DNA of 63,905 nucleotides, counting the filler, from Aduncisulcus paluster (taxonomy: Eukaryota), in assembly GCA_024181965.1 (NCBI GenBank). It is 15 parts of 15 records of this genome, joined end to end, with 100 filler letters (N's around TTAATTAATTAA, not from the genome) between each part and the next. Parts side by side here need not be neighbours in the genome. Positions count along the whole stretch, not along the records: positions 10,890 to 17,328 come from BQXS01011599.1; positions 17,429 to 20,140 come from BQXS01011600.1; positions 20,241 to 23,216 come from BQXS01011601.1; positions 23,317 to 25,612 come from BQXS01011602.1; positions 25,713 to 28,500 come from BQXS01011603.1; 10 more parts are not named here. One strand, written 5' to 3'. This document shows, piece by piece, positions 13,801 through 26,271 of this stretch. The notes under the pieces were generated by a model, which did no database searches, was not told the DNA's origin, and saw nothing but the letters and a program-made list of their open reading frames with translations. Made by a program: the position numbers and the translations under genes. The first letter of the stretch is position 1. The number at the start of each line of letters is the position of its first letter.

Positions 13801-16800
13801 ACACGCTCCTTCTCTAAATTCTATTTTTAGAAGTGAAAATGAGAAAGAAGACAGTGGAGAAAGTGTTGTTGACAAGGTTGGAATGACGAGTGCATCTGAA
13901 GAAAGAGGAGATAAAGATGATCAATTCGACCTTGAAAGTGCAGTTCTTGCAAAACTTCTAAAGCAACAAGAGTCTGCGAGACTATATCCATTTTCTATCG
14001 AACATGTTATTGATGTTTGTAAATGTGTTTCTAACATTATTTCTTGTGGATGTGGTGGCTCAAGCAAGTTTCTCACTTCTAAATCTAAAAATAGAACTTC
14101 TGATATTGAAGAAGGGCATGAAGTGGAAAATGAGAAAGAAGACAGTGGAGAAAGTGTTGTTGACAAGGTTGGAATGACGAGTGCATCTGAAGAAAGAGGA
14201 GATAAAGATGATCAATTCGACCTTGAAAGTGCAGTTCTTGCAAAACTTCTAAAGCAACAAGAGTCTGCGAGACTATATCCATTTTCTATCGAACATGTTA
14301 TTGATGTTTGTAAATGTGTTTCTAACATTATTTCTTGTGGATGTGGTGGCTCAAGCAAGTTTCTCACTTCTAAATCTAAAAATAGAACTTCTGATATTGA
14401 AGAAGGGCATGAAGTGGAAGGTGAGAAAGAAGAAGAAATCCAACATCATCAGAACAATATGAATGCAATTGCTGTTGCGACTTTGACTGGTTTATTATAT
14501 GGTTTTATTTCTGATTGTTATGGCAAAGAAAAGAAGAAGAATCAAGAAAGGAAGAAGAGCGAAGAGAGAAAAGAAAAAGAAGGAAGAGAAAATGAGATAG
14601 AAGACAGTGGAGAAAGTGTTGTTGACAAGGTTGGAATGACGAGTGCATCTGAAGAAAGAGGAGATAAAGATGATCAATTCGACCTTGAAAGTGCAGTTCT
14701 TGCAAAACTTCTAAAGCAACAAGAGTCTGCGAGACTATATCCATTTTCTATCGAACATGTTATTGATGTTTGTAAATGTGTTTCTAACATTATTTCTTGT
14801 GGATGTGGTGGCTCAAGCAAGTTTCTCACTTCTAAATCTAAAAATAGAACTTCTGATATTGAAGAAGGGCATGAAGTGGAAGGTGAGAAAGAAGACAGTG
14901 GAGAAAGTGTTGTTGACAAGGTTGGAATGACGAGTGCATCTGAAGAAAGAGGAGATAAAGATGATCAATTCGACCTTGAAAGTGCAGTTCTTGCAAAACT
15001 TCTAAAGCAACAAGAGTCTGCGAGACTATATCCATTTTCTATCGAACATGTTATTGATGTTTGTAAATGTGTTTCTAACATTATTTCTTGTGGATGTGGT
15101 GGCTCAAGCAAGTTTCTCACTTCTAAATCTAAAAATAGAACTTCTGATATTGAAGAAGGGCATGAAGTGGAAGGTGAGAAAGAAGACAGTGGAGAAAGTG
15201 TTGTTGACAAGGTTGGAATGACGAGTGCATCTGAAGAAAGAGGAGATAAAGATGATCAATTCGACCTTGAAAGTGCAGTTCTTGCAAAACTTCTAAAGCA
15301 ACAAGAGTCTGCGAGACTATATCCATTTTCTATCGAACATGTTATTGATGTTTGTAAATGTGTTTCTAACATTATTTCTTGTGGATGTGGTGGCTCAAGC
15401 AAGTTTCTCACTTCTAAATCTAAAAATAGAACTTCTGATATTGAAGAAGGGCATGAAGTGGAAGGTGAGAAAGAAGAAGACACGCTCCTTCTCTAAATTC
15501 TATTTTTAGAAGTGAAAATGAGAAAGAAGACAGTGGAGAAAGTGTTGTTGACAAGGTTGGAATGACGAGTGCATCTGAAGAAAGAGGAGATAAAGATGAT
15601 CAATTCGACCTTGAAAGTGCAGTTCTTGCAAAACTTCTAAAGCAACAAGAGTCTGCGAGACTATATCCATTTTCTATCGAACATGTTATTGATGTTTGTA
15701 AATGTGTTTCTAACATTATTTCTTGTGGATGTGGTGGCTCAAGCAAGTTTCTCACTTCTAAATCTAAAAATAGAACTTCTGATATTGAAGAAGGGCATGA
15801 AGTGGAAGGTGAGAAAGAAGACAGTGGAGAAAGTGTTGTTGACAAGGTTGGAATGACGAGTGCATCTGAAGAAAGAGGAGATAAAGATGATCAATTCGAC
15901 CTTGAAAGTGCAGTTCTTGCAAAACTTCTAAAGCAACAAGAGTCTGCGAGACTATATCCATTTTCTATCGAACATGTTATTGATGTTTGTAAATGTGTTT
16001 CTAACATTATTTCTTGTGGATGTGGTGGCTCAAGCAAGTTTCTCACTTCTAAATCTAAAAATAGAACTTCTGATATTGAAGAAGGGCATGAAGTGGAAGG
16101 TGAGAAAGAAGAAGAAATCCAACATCATCAGAACAATATGAATGCAATTGCTGTTGCGACTTTGACTGGTTTATTATATGGTTTTATTTCTGATTGTTAT
16201 GGCAAAGAAAAGAAGAAGAATCAAGAAAGGAAGAAGAGCGAAGAGAGAAAAGAAAAAGAAGGAAGAGAAAATGAGATTGATTGTTATTGTCAAAGGATGG
16301 TTAATATCGTAGCAAAACATTTCAACTTCATCTCGAATCCCAGTGAAATCACTGCTTTTTTTGACCATATCATGGGACATTCTCCGTTTTATGTCCAAGA
16401 ATCTGCCTCTATGAATTATATTGAATTGTATTGTAACGATTCCATCGCCAATTACGTTGTTCGTAAGATATTTGAAGCTTCTGAGCGTGAAAAGGAAGAA
16501 AAGGAGAGGAAAGAAGAAAAGGAGAGTGAAGAAGAAAGAGAAGAGGAAGAAGAGGAGAGGAAGAAGAGAGAGAAAGGGAAAACTGTCGTCAGGGACAAGC
16601 CAAGAGAAAGATTATTTTCTTGTTCTTTTTCAGAATTTGCTTCAATTAACAACATCTCTAACGATTGTGATTTTAATAAGATTTTCATTTCTTCTTCTTG
16701 CCAAGTGTTGAATGATTTCACTTTATTTCCTCTTCCTTTTTTTAACAACAATAATATTCATAGTTATCCTACACCCTACATTGCCTCTAAAAATAGGGAT

Positions 16801-17328
16801 TCTATTTATAGTCAAATCGAAGATCAGTTTACTCAATTTAAAACCAGAAAACAGCGTCCCAAAAAAGAACTTTTCCATCCGTTTTATCTAAATTTAGATA
16901 CATTTTCGGGAGATTCGTCGACTCTGGTTCTTAAATCTGTTCCATTTTTAGAACCTCTGAGAGATTATTTCTCATTATGTGATAGAATACACTGTGAAAT
17001 TGATCCAGAGATTGGTCAATATTGCTATTACATTGAGAAACACGAGTGTGGTCGGAAGTTTGAGGCAAGAAAACAGATTAAAGAAGAAGAAGAGAGAAGA
17101 GAAAGAGAAAGAGAAAGAGAAAGAGAGAGAAAGGAAAAGGAAGAAGAAGAGCAGAGAGAAAGAGAAAGGAAGCGAAAGGAAGAGGAAGAGAAACGAAGGA
17201 GAGAGGAAGAGGAGAAGGAAAGACAGAAAAAAGAAGAAGGAAGGAGACGAGAAGAGGAACAAGAGAGAGAGAGGATGAGAATCGAAGAAATGAAAAGAAA
17301 AGAACAGGAACGTGAAGAAGAAGATGAA
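10890..17328 (+). CDS. Very large Glu-rich hypothetical protein, partial, disrupted by duplicated segments
   Basis: ORFs 10924, 12974 and 15562 form one gene. The frame changes fall at the N20 gap overlap and at the repeat junction near 15480. Confidence 0.6.
12801..13442 (+). repeat. 311-bp direct duplication flanking an N20 gap (assembly overlap or haplotypes)
   Basis: 12801-13111 matches 13132-13442 with one SNP (13031 C vs 13362 A). Confidence 0.9.
13847..16107 (+). repeat. Seven near-identical copies of a 291-bp (97-aa) unit
   Basis: Units start at 13847, 14138, 14600, 14891, 15182, 15526 and 15817. The junctions lie in purine-rich GAGAAAGAAGA-like microhomologies. Confidence 0.95.
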
Positions 17329-17429
17329 NNNNNNNNNNNNNNNNNNNNNNNNNNNNNNNNNNNNNNNNNNNNTTAATTAATTAANNNNNNNNNNNNNNNN
17401 NNNNNNNNNNNNNNNNNNNNNNNNNNNNT

Positions 17430-17774
17430 ACAAAAATCTCCTATGAATCCAGTCATGTCTCTAAAACGGATAGTATTCCTGCTTTCCATGGTGAGCACCA
17501 GAAACAGCGTTTTTTGCATGATCCAATGTATTCTGACACCCCCCTTAAGAAATCCAGTGCTTTTTACACCGATGTGGCTGAGATAGCTTCTATAACAGAA
17601 CCTCTTACCATCAGATGCTTGAAGCCCACCTTGATTGGTTCTGAAGGGGAGAGTTCTTCACGATTCAAGGATATCCCCGAAGCACACACTCTCATTCCCA
17701 ACGAAACTTCACAAAATTACGCTTTGCATGTTTGTCATGGCGATAAGTCTCCCGTTTCTCCCGTTCCAAAGTAG
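17430..17774 (+). CDS. Hypothetical protein C-terminus, 5' partial
   Basis: Frame is open from the contig start to the TAG at 17772-17774. Confidence 0.45.
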   Translation, partial: TKISYESSHVSKTDSIPAFHGEHQKQRFLHDPMYSDTPLKKSSAFYTDVAEIASITEPLTIRCLKPTLIGSEGESSSRFKDIPEAHTLIPNETSQNYALHVCHGDKSPVSPVPK

Positions 17775-18091
17775 ATGTCTCTGTCACTTTCTGTCTGCAT
17801 TTACATGTGTTTATAGATCATTTCTGCCATTCAAATATCGTTCTTTTTACATTGTCGTTTTGATGTCTTGAAAACCCAGTGTTGATGTATTTTATAAAGA
17901 CACGGGGTTCGTCGGAACCAATGGTATTTGACAATCGATTGTTTGTGTCATATGATCGAAATAAAGGTATCGTAGAGTAATTGTAACCAATGTGTTATAT
18001 ACGAGTTTTGAAAATGATGTGGTATATTAACATTTAAATAAAAATGATAACCTCTGCAGCCCACAAATACGGTTTCGAAAAAATAAAAATG

Positions 18092-18163
18092 GGGGAGTGC
18101 CGGGATTTGAACCCGGGACCTCCTGCACCCAAAGCAGGAATCATACCCCTAGACCACACTCCC
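18092..18163 (-). tRNA. tRNA-Pro(TGG)
   Basis: Acceptor stem GGGAGTG/CACTCCC, anticodon arm CCTGC-TT-TGG-GT-GCAGG, T-loop GTTCAAATC, followed by an oligo-T Pol III terminator. Confidence 0.97.
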
Positions 18164-18809
18164 ACATCAAAATTTTCGGTTAATACTATAAATACATTAG
18201 ATTTTCTTTGTTTGAAATTTTCATCCATTTTGTCATTTATTTTTTTTGTATTCTCTGTAGATACATTCATAAAATGTGAGTTATATAAACTTATACTTAT
18301 TAGATTTTTTCCGTAGAATTTTATTTCAAAATGGAAGATATTGGTATTTTTGATCACGATACAGTACAATAATAGGACAAAAAGAAAAATATAAACGAAT
18401 ATGCCGATGAAAACAATGAAAGTTCAGATCCAATACCACGAATTGGTTGGATCTACCAACAAGACGATAATACGGAGAAGAAACTCTTTCATGATCAAAT
18501 TGATAATATCTAAGCATTATTTCACAATAGAATAAACAAAAATTTAAACAAACGAATTATTATGGCATTGGCAAAGATTCCGATCGAATTTCTTTGAGAA
18601 TAAAAAGAAAAATTAACAAAAGAAAAAAATAATATTAATATTGCAAAACATCGAAATAATACTCAAAGTTTCAAACTGTCAAAACGAATGAGGATGTTTT
18701 GCAGATTCTTGCAACAAACATTTGGGCATAATAACAAACAAACAGACAAAAAAAAAAAAAAAAAAAACGAACAGAAAAGGAAGACTACAAGGTCAAGAGG
18801 AGAAAGAAC

Positions 18810-20140
18810 TTACTTTGAGTGGATCTTGTGCTTCTCCTTCTTCTTCCTCTTCTTTCTCTTCTTGTATGATGACGTAGATTTTGAATCTCTGTCCAACATA
18901 GATAACGTCATAGATCCAAGAGATTCTCCTTCTTCTCCCTCTCTGATTCCTTGAGTCTGAATGATTTCTTCTTGAATCTGAAGAACTTTTCCAACGCATT
19001 TCGTTGTTTTCTGCTTCCGTTTCTTCCTTTTCTTCTTTTCTGTAACTTCACTAGATGATTGAAGGATATCTTCGCCACGCTTCTTTTCTTCAGCTTTCTG
19101 ATCAACATGAAGCTTTGATTTCTTCACCCTTCTTTTCACTGTGATTACCGATTCATGAGCAGGAGTTTCTTGTTGAGAATCACGGAGGGAGGCATCTTTT
19201 CTAACTTGAACAACAGTTGGAACAACACTATCTTCGAGTTGTGAGACCTTCTGTTCTTCAGAAATGGGTGTCAACTGGGAGGATATTGGAGCTGACATAT
19301 CTTGGGATTCAATCTTTGATGTTGTTTGATCAAGAGAATCTGAACTATTTCCAACAACGATATTTTCTGTAGAATTAGTCCTATGCTTCAAACGTAACCA
19401 AAATGTGAATCCAAAAATACCAAAAGCAACAAAAATACAAGAAAAAATGATAAAAATACATAAAATGGTCTTTATAGGATTTTTATCGTCATCACACATT
19501 ATACCATTCCACCCATCATCACATGTGCATGCATATTGAATATTAGAAGCATTATTGGAATCACTGGAATCATACGAGTAACACACTCCATGCGATGAAC
19601 ACAGAGAGGATGGATTTGCATTGCTTTCAGTGTAAGTATCCTCACTCACTCCACACATGTCAATAGAGCATGACGATGAAGGTTCTGAAGAATCATCCAC
19701 ATCATTACCCCATCCATACTCACACTGACACATGGCTATGAGACTATCTTCTCCTTCACCAAGCACACATGTGCCATGACTATCCGTGGTTGTTCCACAG
19801 GTCAAGCAAGCAGTGTCATTTCCAGCAATATCCTTGTAATAAGGGTGAGTCGCAGGATCAATGCATGTGGATGTTGAGGCATCAGTGATGAGACCATAGG
19901 AGGAACAGTCACACGAATATGTGTCAGTGTCTGATGAATAGATTCCATAGGCTGAATATGATGAAGATGGATCTGTGGAGTAATTAACTCCGCACACATA
20001 ATCAACGATAGTCGGGTTTGTTTCATCATCCTCATTCACATACTCAACAGTCTCAACAGGATATTGAGTGAAACATGTTGACCCATACCATCCAGCATCA
20101 CATTTACAATACAATGTCTCAGAAGAGAGATCATCGACAG
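18810..20140 (-). CDS. EGF/tenascin-like repeat type I membrane protein, 5' partial
   Basis: CxCDxGWxGxxC and CSSHGVC motifs, a hydrophobic TM segment (ILCIFIIFSCIFVAFGIFGFTFWL) and a Lys-rich cytoplasmic tail. Confidence 0.85.
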
Positions 20141-20240
20141 NNNNNNNNNNNNNNNNNNNNNNNNNNNNNNNNNNNNNNNNNNNNTTAATTAATTAANNNN
20201 NNNNNNNNNNNNNNNNNNNNNNNNNNNNNNNNNNNNNNNN

Positions 20241-20962
20241 ATTGTTTCTCTCGACAAAGAACTTGAAGTTAGTGGCACCATTGGAACTTTGCATGGCATT
20301 GACGAGTCTGCATTCGTCGGGGAGGAATTACATGCAGAAGAAGAAGGAGAGGAAGAAGAAGAAGGAGAAGTGCAGGATGAACAGGAAGAAGAAGGAGAGA
20401 AAGAAGTGAAAGAGCTGGAAGAGGAAGAAGGAGAAGGAGGAGAGCCGAATATCGGACTTGGGAGGAAGTTCTCGAGGAAAGGAGAAGACTTGAGGAAGAG
20501 AAACAGAAGACTGCAGGTGCTAGCCTTGAAGGCGAAGAGAAGGAAGAATCTCCTGAGGGAATTGGTGATAAGGGCATCCCAGAAGAGATAAAAGAGGCAT
20601 CACATGGGTACACTTCACAGTTATCGATACCTATTGTTTCTCTCGACAAAGAACTTGAAGTTAGTGGCACCATTGGAACTTTGCATGGCATTGACGAGTC
20701 TGCATTCGTCGGGGAGGAATTACATGCAGAAGAAGAAGGAGAGGAAGAAGAAGAAGGAGAAGTGCAGGATGAACAGGAAGAAGAAGGAGAGAAAGAAGTG
20801 AAAGAGCTGGAAGAGGAAGAAGGAGAAGGAGGAGAGGAAGAAGATTCCAAGATGAAGAAAGAGGTGAGTTTTGGAATAGATATTGATGATAGTAGAATTG
20901 ACAAAGAGAGAGAGATGATTGTTTATGGACAAGAAGAAGAAGAGGAAATCTGGCCAATCTAG
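20241..20962 (+). CDS. Glu-rich hypothetical protein C-terminus, partial, with an out-of-frame 392-bp duplication
   Basis: Frame is open from 20447 to the TAG ending at 20962. 20241-20444 is identical to 20633-20836. Confidence 0.55.
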
Positions 20963-21518
20963 GAAACCTTTAACTTCAGCTGAGATCAAAAGAATTGTTA
21001 AGCGTCAAATGTGTAAGAGCAAGAAATGCAAGAAATAATTTGTGTAAATATTTAAAATATTTTATTCATTACATTTTCTTTTCTGATCAAGTTGTGAGTC
21101 ACAATGTGACAGATTAAAATGGAGTATGGTAACATTTATTGACACGATTGAAAAATTTCTCGCTCATCCAGGAGTGATGCCTTTTGTATAAAGAAGTATT
21201 TTAAAGAAAGTTTAAAGAAATATTGCCCTGAAAAAAACGTGCGAAATATATCCTGCATCGCTCATCAAAGCGAATGAAGCGCGAGTTTATGGCTTATATA
21301 AAAATTTAAAATTTTGAAGAAATTCCAGATCCAAGGTTGTTCTCTTTATCTCCACAATTTCAGGATAAATTTATCCTGGAGGCCACAGAAAAAAGACGTT
21401 AATAAATTGATCCATTTTGAACAGAAAAAAAAATAAAAAATATACCATAACATTGTTATGATAACACGGAAAGAACAAAATAAAACATTTCAAAACCGTA
21501 AAAAACAAATCTAACAGA

Positions 21519-21549
<31 letters not shown>

Positions 21550-21560
21550 AAACATTTGGG

Positions 21561-23216
21561 TTACTCTTGGTGTTCCTTTCTACTGACAATGCCACCCTTG
21601 GCGCACACACGCCCAGTCTTGATGATAACTTCACTTAGAGAGGGAAGATAGGGTTCAATGCGAGCGATAATCTCTTCACACGCATTTGATGACTGATGCC
21701 TTTCCTTGGGATTGGGATGCAAGAGTAATTTGTAGAGTTTCAAAAGACCATCTCTGACCTCTTCTCCATGGTCGAACATTCTCCAGGAAGACATTCCCTC
21801 AATGTCTCTAAAGTTTATCGTATCTTCGAGCCTTCCAATCTTGCCCGAAAGAAGCATTGCATGCTGCTCTTTGAACTTATCCTTAAAAATCTTATAATTT
21901 ACCGGAACGGAAAGATCAAGTTGATGGACCTCCTGGATAAAGTGTGGAAATGGATGGAGTTCCAAGTTAAAAAGACTATACATCGAGATACCCACACTCC
22001 AAAGATCGGAGAAGGCAAAGACTTTTCTGTCCCCGACCATTTCTGGAGACATGAATGGTACAGTGCCACAGAAATCAACCACTTTTCCTTTGCTTATTGG
22101 AATAGAATGACCCCCAATTGTTGTTGATGGGATAGTCGTTGTAAGGCCAAAGTCCCCAATCACTACCCTTGGAATACCATCACGGTCACAAACAAAGAAA
22201 TTTCCAGGTTTAATGTCTCGATGTACAATCCTATCTCTAATCCCATTTATGTACTCTAGAACACATGAAATCATATCACAACACAAACGAGCAAGATCCA
22301 ACTTAGTCTTCGAATAACAATGAACACCGAGATGGTAATACTTGCAATATTCCATGATAATTCCAAATTTTCCATCTTTTGTACATTTTTCGGTTGTATC
22401 GAAGAAATAAAAAGGTTCGGGGATTCTAAAAGCCATATGTTTGATCCCAAATAATTTTCGTTGTTGGATGAACTCCTCCATGGCTTTTATCATTTGTTTA
22501 GGTTGGTTATGACCCTTCTTGAACATTTTGAATGCCAAATCCTTCTTTTCTTGAATAAAACTAAATTGAAGCTGTGAAGCTTTGTCCAGGGATTTAATTC
22601 CCCCCTTTGGTTCATGGGCTGTGACCAATCGAACAACACCAAACCCTCCTTTCGCAATTGTGTGCAGTTTCTTTATCATATTGACAGTGATGATCTGACT
22701 TGGATCGAGTTGTTTCCAGAGACGATCTATTTCTTCCTTCAGGTGACCAGGTTCCATTTTTTCATCAGAATCTTCTGTTGTTTTCTTCTTCTTTAGGAGT
22801 TCCTCTTCTTCCTTCTTTCTTTCCTCTTCTTTCTTCTTGGTTCTTTTTTCTTCCTCTTCCTTCTTTCTTTTCCTTTCTCTCACTAAAAGATAGCATTCAT
22901 CAAATTCCCTAAACTCAGGAGTATAAGCCACAGTTCCTTTCCAAAAAACATATAGTTTTCCGAAGAGATCAATCAACTTAAAAGGAAAAGAGCTTGTCCC
23001 TTGTAGTAAAAGAGTCGTATAACTGAAAAAGCCCGGAAGTTCTCCCATTTTGACCTGATATGCCTTTCTGACAATAACACACCAACAGGCATAGAAAGTG
23101 TGATGCATGGCTTTCGAATCCTTTACACTTGGGGGCATTACAATCAAGAAATGACATAACAAACCGAAATATGAATTACAAAATTCCAAATTGACACCCG
23201 AAACTTTGTACCAAAG
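21561..23216 (-). CDS. Ser/Thr protein kinase, 5' partial
   Basis: IAKGGFGVV, LAFK, IVHRDIKPGN, GDFG, GTVPFMSPE and SDLWSVG motifs. Confidence 0.93.
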   Translation of the reverse strand, partial: LWYKVSGVNLEFCNSYFGLLCHFLIVMPPSVKDSKAMHHTFYACWCVIVRKAYQVKMGELPGFFSYTTLLLQGTSSFPFKLIDLFGKLYVFWKGTVAYTPEFREFDECYLLVRERKRKKEEEEKRTKKKEEERKKEEEELLKKKKTTEDSDEKMEPGHLKEEIDRLWKQLDPSQIITVNMIKKLHTIAKGGFGVVRLVTAHEPKGGIKSLDKASQLQFSFIQEKKDLAFKMFKKGHNQPKQMIKAMEEFIQQRKLFGIKHMAFRIPEPFYFFDTTEKCTKDGKFGIIMEYCKYYHLGVHCYSKTKLDLARLCCDMISCVLEYINGIRDRIVHRDIKPGNFFVCDRDGIPRVVIGDFGLTTTIPSTTIGGHSIPISKGKVVDFCGTVPFMSPEMVGDRKVFAFSDLWSVGISMYSLFNLELHPFPHFIQEVHQLDLSVPVNYKIFKDKFKEQHAMLLSGKIGRLEDTINFRDIEGMSSWRMFDHGEEVRDGLLKLYKLLLHPNPKERHQSSNACEEIIARIEPYLPSLSEVIIKTGRVCAKGGIVSRKEHQE

Positions 23217-23390
23217 NNNNNNNNNNNNNNNNNNNNNNNNNNNNNNNNNNNNNNNNNNNNTTAATTAATTAANNNNNNNNNNNNNNNNNNNNNNNNNNNN
23301 NNNNNNNNNNNNNNNNAAGAGAAAGCTTGTATTATATTTTGTCGGTTAATATTATTTGCTCGGAGTGTATTAAATACATATCGCGCAAGT

Positions 23391-24518
23391 TCATATTTCC
23401 GGGTTAGATTGGAATTTATAGTCATATTCCTTCGTAAATTTAACCACAGAGGAGGTTAATTTAAATATATTTTCGGTTAATTGGAATTGTAAAAACAACA
23501 AAACACAAAACAACAAACAAACAAATGTGGACCGTGAATGAGTTTCATATTCCCGAGATGTGTCAATAATCCGAGCAGCCGTGGGTGTATTATTCGTGGC
23601 ATGCTTTGGGTCGGTTGTAATGACACCAACTTCGTGTGTGGCAGTAGCAGTAGAGCTATGACCATGAGAGCGATGACGATCCGATAGATCAGAGAGACAT
23701 GACTCTTCGAGATGGCATGGTGGATATGCGCATGCAGCACTCACCTTCCTCTCCCATGCACTGGGGATATGCGATTCACTCACAGTTTGCTTCTGCCGTG
23801 GCCGTTGGTGTGTCTCTTTCATCGATTTGCATGACCCTTGCCCACGGTCCTTTGTCTTGGAATGATGCTGATGATGCTGATGATGATGGTGATAGTGATG
23901 AGCATGTAATCGATGTTTCTGTGGAGGTAATGTATGGATGACATGTGGGATATGTGTTGAATCAACAACAGAATGATGAACGATGGATTGGTCACCAGGG
24001 ACGGCATCATCATGGACATCATCTTCACGATGATCATCAACATCACCAAGATCAGTGTGAAGATGAATGTCTGCATCCACAGAAACCTCACTAGCTTCAT
24101 GTCTCGTGTTATAAACAGGATGAGACGAAGTACCAACTTTAGAGCCATGTCTATCCGAAATGCTCGACGACTCGGCAAGTGACTTGGTATGAAGCATTCG
24201 AAGCGTTCTATAATACTCCTCGCTTGCAACCTCAAGTTCACAAGCAAGTGCATGTTGTTGCTGTGAATCACTATCACGAAGGTCACTCTCAAGCTCTCTC
24301 TTTTTCTTTGCATATCTTTGTGCATGCTCACGTTGCTCAATCATCTTTCTGACTTTCATCGTGTACTCGCCACGGTGTCGGGATGCTTCTCTTCTAATCG
24401 TTATTAGTTTGTCCTTTAAATGCGGGCCACATGATATGGCGGCCTTGTGCTCTGCTGATGCGACAGATTGCATCCTATCGATTCTAATCTGTTTAGGATC
24501 GAATGGAATGCTTAACAT
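23391..24518 (-). CDS. Hypothetical coiled-coil/His-rich protein
   Basis: 375-aa ORF with a poly-His tract. The AT-rich 3' end may be intronic. Confidence 0.55.
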   Translation of the reverse strand: MLSIPFDPKQIRIDRMQSVASAEHKAAISCGPHLKDKLITIRREASRHRGEYTMKVRKMIEQREHAQRYAKKKRELESDLRDSDSQQQHALACELEVASEEYYRTLRMLHTKSLAESSSISDRHGSKVGTSSHPVYNTRHEASEVSVDADIHLHTDLGDVDDHREDDVHDDAVPGDQSIVHHSVVDSTHIPHVIHTLPPQKHRLHAHHYHHHHQHHQHHSKTKDRGQGSCKSMKETHQRPRQKQTVSESHIPSAWERKVSAACAYPPCHLEESCLSDLSDRHRSHGHSSTATATHEVGVITTDPKHATNNTPTAARIIDTSREYETHSRSTFVCLLFCVLLFLQFQLTENIFKLTSSVVKFTKEYDYKFQSNPEI

Positions 24519-25442
24519 TTGGGGCTATTTGGTTTTGAGTCTCTTATAAATATTGTGATTTAATGAAATGAAATGCAAAATATGTGCATAAACTTGTCCA
24601 AAAGCACGATTTTTGTTTTTCAAGTTGGAATCCAGAAATGGAGGTGGAGAAAATTCTGACAGACCCGCAAATTCCAAGAGGACAAATTCCTGAAATTGTA
24701 AACTCACAAGCGTTGTTGGTAAAGTGCATTTATTAGTACAGGCACGCACACCCAAGTTGGCGGATTTCCACATTCTTTCATATATTTTCTGTAAATCCAA
24801 TATTCACTGCCATAACAACAATAAACTAGGACATTTGAAGAAAGTTTGATCGTCTAGAAGTTGTGGATCCATATTGTTTCAGAAAGCCTGATGATGTGAC
24901 ATAAGTGGGATTGTTATATCCAGTATAAATGAAAAAAATCCATTTTCAAACGCATTATTAGAAACTCAAAAGTGTCGATATGTATGATACTATTAATACC
25001 GACGTATCGGACGGATTTCATTTACAAAGGGTCAACACACAAGATTACATGACATATACATTAATATTCCGGATTAAATGCCAAAATACATGAGTGATAT
25101 AATGTGCTTCATCACATCAGATCTTCAGGGAGCTCATCAAAAAGATATTGAAATTGATTGGAAAAAATTGAAAATGAAATCAACGATACATTGTTGATTT
25201 CTGCACCCCGGATCATTTTATTGTGCGATGAGATCTAACATGCAAATATATCTTCTTTTCTTTGCATAACTTAAAACCCTTTTCTGTGTTTATCTCCTTG
25301 TTATCCACAAGAAATTTAAACAATCGCTTTTCCTGATCTAAAACAACTATCTCTGATCTAACAAACAATTTATTCACACCTTTTATACATATATAAAACT
25401 ATATATTCCCCCCTTTATCCCCACATAACAACACATAACAAA

Positions 25443-25612
25443 ATGTTTTCCATGTTTGATTCATTCAATCCTTTCATGAGGCGTCCAATGCCTTCACAAT
25501 ACATTCCACGTCAACGAGTCCCATCTCGCCCACGCTCTGCCATGTCTGGTTTATATTCCCCATACTCTGCCCTCTATACTACAGCAACAGCAGCTGATGA
25601 TGATGATGGGTA
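25443..25612 (+). CDS. Hypothetical protein N-terminus, 3' partial
   Basis: ATG after an AT-rich upstream region; open to the contig end. Confidence 0.45.
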
Positions 25613-25712
25613 NNNNNNNNNNNNNNNNNNNNNNNNNNNNNNNNNNNNNNNNNNNNTTAATTAATTAANNNNNNNNNNNNNNNNNNNNNNNNNNNNNNNN
25701 NNNNNNNNNNNN

Positions 25713-26271
25713 CCTTGTTGACGGCGACATTCTTCAACTGAACAAGATCTATCGTCCATCGCAGAGTGTGATCAATGATATCTACATTACCAACCACAGT
25801 GCGCTGACGGAGGAGATTGTTGTGTACACTGAAGCCAAGGGCAATGTGACCGTGAACTATATCACATTGGACATTCCCATGGATTGTGTGGAGTATGCAA
25901 GCATGGACGAGGTTGAGAACAATGGACAACTGATCGTTGCCGAGACTGACATTTGTGAAGCGCTCTTCATCATTGCCCACAACATCCCAAGCTCTGTGTT
26001 GAGCACGTCGACGGATATGTGTGACGCTGTTGAGCCTGAGAGTGTCTCCTTCGATGATACTTTCACCATTGACTCCATCGAGATATCCTCTGCCAACACG
26101 ATCATTGTGTCGAACATTGATGATGGAGTTGGACGTTCACATTCCGTGTGTTCGAGCTGTGAGAACACTTCCGCTGATCGCTCAACTCTTGTGTTCATGA
26201 TTATATTTGCAGTTGTATTATTACTTCTTTCACTCGTAGGTGTTCTTACTCTTTCATACAAATTGGCATAA
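25713..26271 (+). CDS. Acidic membrane-anchored surface protein C-terminus (copy A), 5' partial
   Basis: Open frame with a C-terminal hydrophobic segment (LVFMIIFAVVLLLLSLVGVLTLSYKLA). Confidence 0.7.

Noticed and set aside
13847..16107. CRISPR-like array
   Set aside because: The units are 291-bp coding repeats without unique spacers, and there are no cas genes.
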